DNA of 64,000 nucleotides, taken from NCBI GenBank assembly GCA_963693365.1, contig CAVNZM010000010.1:8061794-8125793 (forward strand), in the 5' to 3' direction. Shown here one piece after another: positions 61,610-64,000 of the stretch (position 1 is the first letter of the stretch; the number at the start of each line of letters is the position of its first letter). The stretch comes from Amoebidium appalachense. Taxonomy: Eukaryota > Protista > Ichthyosporea. A program made the translations under genes and the position numbers. The notes under the pieces are model-generated. The model had not been told where the DNA came from, searched no databases, and worked only from the letters and a program-made list of their open reading frames with translations.

Positions 61610-62333
61610 GGGAGGCGTGCGTGTACATGTGTGTGTGTGTGTGTGTGTGTGTGCCGGTCGTGAATGAGTGCGGGTGCACATGTGCGTGTTGTGTGCACAC
61701 GTGTTGTACGTACATGTTTGCATGTTTCAGTTTGTACGTTTCTAGGCAATTGCTTGCAAGTGTGAGCGTGTGTGAGTGGATGTGTGTAGGTGTGATTACA
61801 CGTGTATCTGGAGTGTCTGAGTTCGTGTGTTTGTGTGGAAGAGGCCGGGGTGATGGTGGTGGTGGTGGCTGTGGGGGGGGGGGGGGGGGGGGAGGGGGTG
61901 CATGTGTGTACCTGTGTGTGTGTGTGTCGTGTGTGTGCTTGTGTGTGTGTGCACACGCGTGTATGTGTGTGTGGTACATGTGTGTGTGCGTGTGTGTTCG
62001 TGCTTGTGTCCTTGTACGTGTGCATGTGCGCTGAACGCATGTGTATAAGCGCATTGATACCGTGTATGCGGAACTCTGGTGGGGAATCACACGTGTGTAC
62101 GTGTGTGTGCAAGAGTGTGTGCTTCCTACGTGTCTCTGCTCATTGCATCTTCCACCCAGAGCCCCCTCTAGCTACTCCCCCACCCATCCGCAAGCACAAA
62201 AGCACACACAGACACAGACATGCAAGCAACCCCCACACCCCCCACCCCACCCCACCCCACCAAGCCCTCACCACAATCCTCCCTTGCCCCAACACACAAA
62301 CCCCTTCCCCACCCTTTCACCCATCACACGCAC

Positions 62334-62385
<52 letters not shown>

Positions 62386-63023
62386 CCTACCGGCATCATG
62401 ACATTGTAGCAGAACTCCAGCTCCCCCTTGTGGGCCCGTCTTTGCCTCACCCCATTTATGATGTCCTGGGGCGGCATGGCCTTAGCATGGAAGAATGCAT
62501 CCCCATGCCATATTATGGAAGGATGCACCGGCATACCATGTATGGGAAACGTATCCACATGTCTTATATGGAAGAATGCATCCACACGCCCTCTATGGAA
62601 GAATGCATCCCCACGCCTTACAAGGAAAGATGTATCACATGCATCCGTGGGTGCACGTGCGCGGCAAGCGGCCGCCACACAAACACAGCACACACCGGTA
62701 TAGGGCAACCCTCAACAAATACGCACACGAGTGTACAGCAGGCAGACAGACGCGCACACAGAAACATACAACAAGACATCCGGGCAACAGGCCTGTCTAC
62801 ACCCTAAGGCAGGCTCCTGCCCACACATCACAAGACATAGGCCGTTGTAGGATACAGATGTGCACCCAGCACACGAATGCACGTGCACGCGCGCATACGT
62901 GTGAGCACACACACATATTCACAAACAAGCACCCACATGCACAGGTACGCATATATACACACGCCCGCACACACACACACAAACGAACGCACGCATCACA
63001 TGTGCACACACGCAAGCGCGCGT

Positions 63024-63057
<34 letters not shown>

Positions 63058-63455
63058 GCAGACATGCATGCACGCACACACTCTTGCGCACAGATACACG
63101 CGGGCAGGGCCGTGCGAATGCAGGAGAGGACGAAGACACAAACGCACGACAAACAAACAAGCGGGAAGCACTTGCCACCCCGCCACCCCCCCTCCCCCCC
63201 CTCTCCAACCCCAAACATCCTCCCCTTCAATCGTGTGCACGTGTGTGGCCCTCTCAGACAGCAGGGTAGGGTTTGGGGTGGCCTACCGGGCCCACGACCT
63301 CCTCCGGGGGTGGTGCAGGGGCCTTTTTCGAGCCCACGCGCATAGCCTTCCCACCGGGCCGAGGCACAACCACCTTTCCGGGCCGGTCCGTCTCCGGCAC
63401 CGACCCGTTTTGCCCCGTGCCGTTGGCGTCATCGAGCTTGTTCCGTTTGGCCGGA
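50992..63455 (-). CDS. BET-family protein (two bromodomains plus ET domain); 5' end unresolved. Exons: 63455-63287, 62465-62391, 61118-60945, 60472-60292, 59455-59382, 58676-58407, 57890-57564, 56767-56712, 56099-55952, 55556-55421, 54480-54360, 54070-53975, 53533-52948, 52352-52100 (1-nt frame problem), 51220-50992
   Basis: BD1: [36 protein letters not shown]2: [35 protein letters not shown]. Then a Lys/Glu coil, ET-like [32 protein letters not shown] and an SD-rich SEED-like tract. Junctions are phase-consistent; the last two exons are less certain. Confidence 0.9.
51789..51900 (-). repeat. Dispersed ~110-bp intronic repeat, copy B
   Basis: Near-identical to 14410-14522. Confidence 0.9.
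62475..62645. repeat. ~27-bp minisatellite (~6 units; TATGGAAGAATGCATCC core) next to a BET splice acceptor
   Basis: Directly visible. It ends about 10 nt from the acceptor at 62466-62467. Confidence 0.85.
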
Positions 63456-64000
63456 CTGCACACCCAGAGGGTGGCCCCCGCCAAACGTCAGTCACAGCAC
63501 CAGGAAACATGGGCAAGATGGGTGGGATGGGAAGGTGTCGTTTTTTTTGCAAAATCTTTTGTGTCATACACGACAGTGGTTGCAGTTTAAGCGGGGATTT
63601 GTGGTTGCTTGCACCGTGCACACACCCACAAGTTCAGGAGCCACACAAAGGTTCGCTGGGAGGGGACGAAATGAGCTGGGAAGAGGGGGGAAGTCGAACG
63701 TCACAAAAGGGGGAACGACAACAAGGAGAGGGCAGGAAAGAAAAAGCCCAACTTCTTTTTGACCCTTTCAGCACTGTGTTGCCTTTCTCACACGCATGCA
63801 AACGGTGCTGAGCTTACGTGGAGGTTTATTTATTTTTGTGTATTTTGAAAAGGGGTGCTTAAGCCCGGACTACACCAGTAGCAGTAAAGACAAAAAACAT
63901 GAATAGCTCCTCTGGCCCTTGCACATAATTTGCTAAAACAACCCACCTCCAACACTGCCACCACCATCACCAGCCCCGGCACCCATCTCTCGCCTCTCAC

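Noticed and set aside
62495-63811. 438-aa plus-strand ORF
   Set aside because: It is antisense to BET exons and introns and built from minisatellite and CA-rich sequence.

Overview
Intron-rich eukaryotic genomic DNA, not prokaryotic. Introns and spacers are packed with long poly-G/poly-C tracts and (CA)n/(TG)n/(CT)n microsatellites, which explains most entries in the ORF track. By joining GT-AG exons by hand I reconstruct nine protein-coding genes: (1) the 3' part of a bacterial-type FadH 2,4-dienoyl-CoA reductase; (2) a 16-exon glutaryl-CoA dehydrogenase; (3) a VWA-domain protein with a long Tyr-motif-rich tail; (4) a bacterial-type FadE acyl-CoA dehydrogenase with a mitochondrial-like presequence; (5, 6) an intronless head-to-head pair, an alpha/beta hydrolase and a flavin-reductase-like protein; (7) a type II membrane beta-helix protein with Pmp-like GGA/FxxN repeats; (8) an intronless single-pass receptor-like protein; (9) a BET-type double-bromodomain/ET protein. 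Notable points are the concentration of acyl-CoA/flavin genes in the first 38 kb, splice acceptors made of (CA)n-AG, a minisatellite built on a splice donor, a 61-bp TIR element with an 8-bp target-site duplication, and an intronic repeat family that lies sense to its host genes. A unicellular holozoan (e.g. an ichthyosporean) is my guess for the organism, but this is inference only. All family assignments come from recognised motifs; no searches were run.
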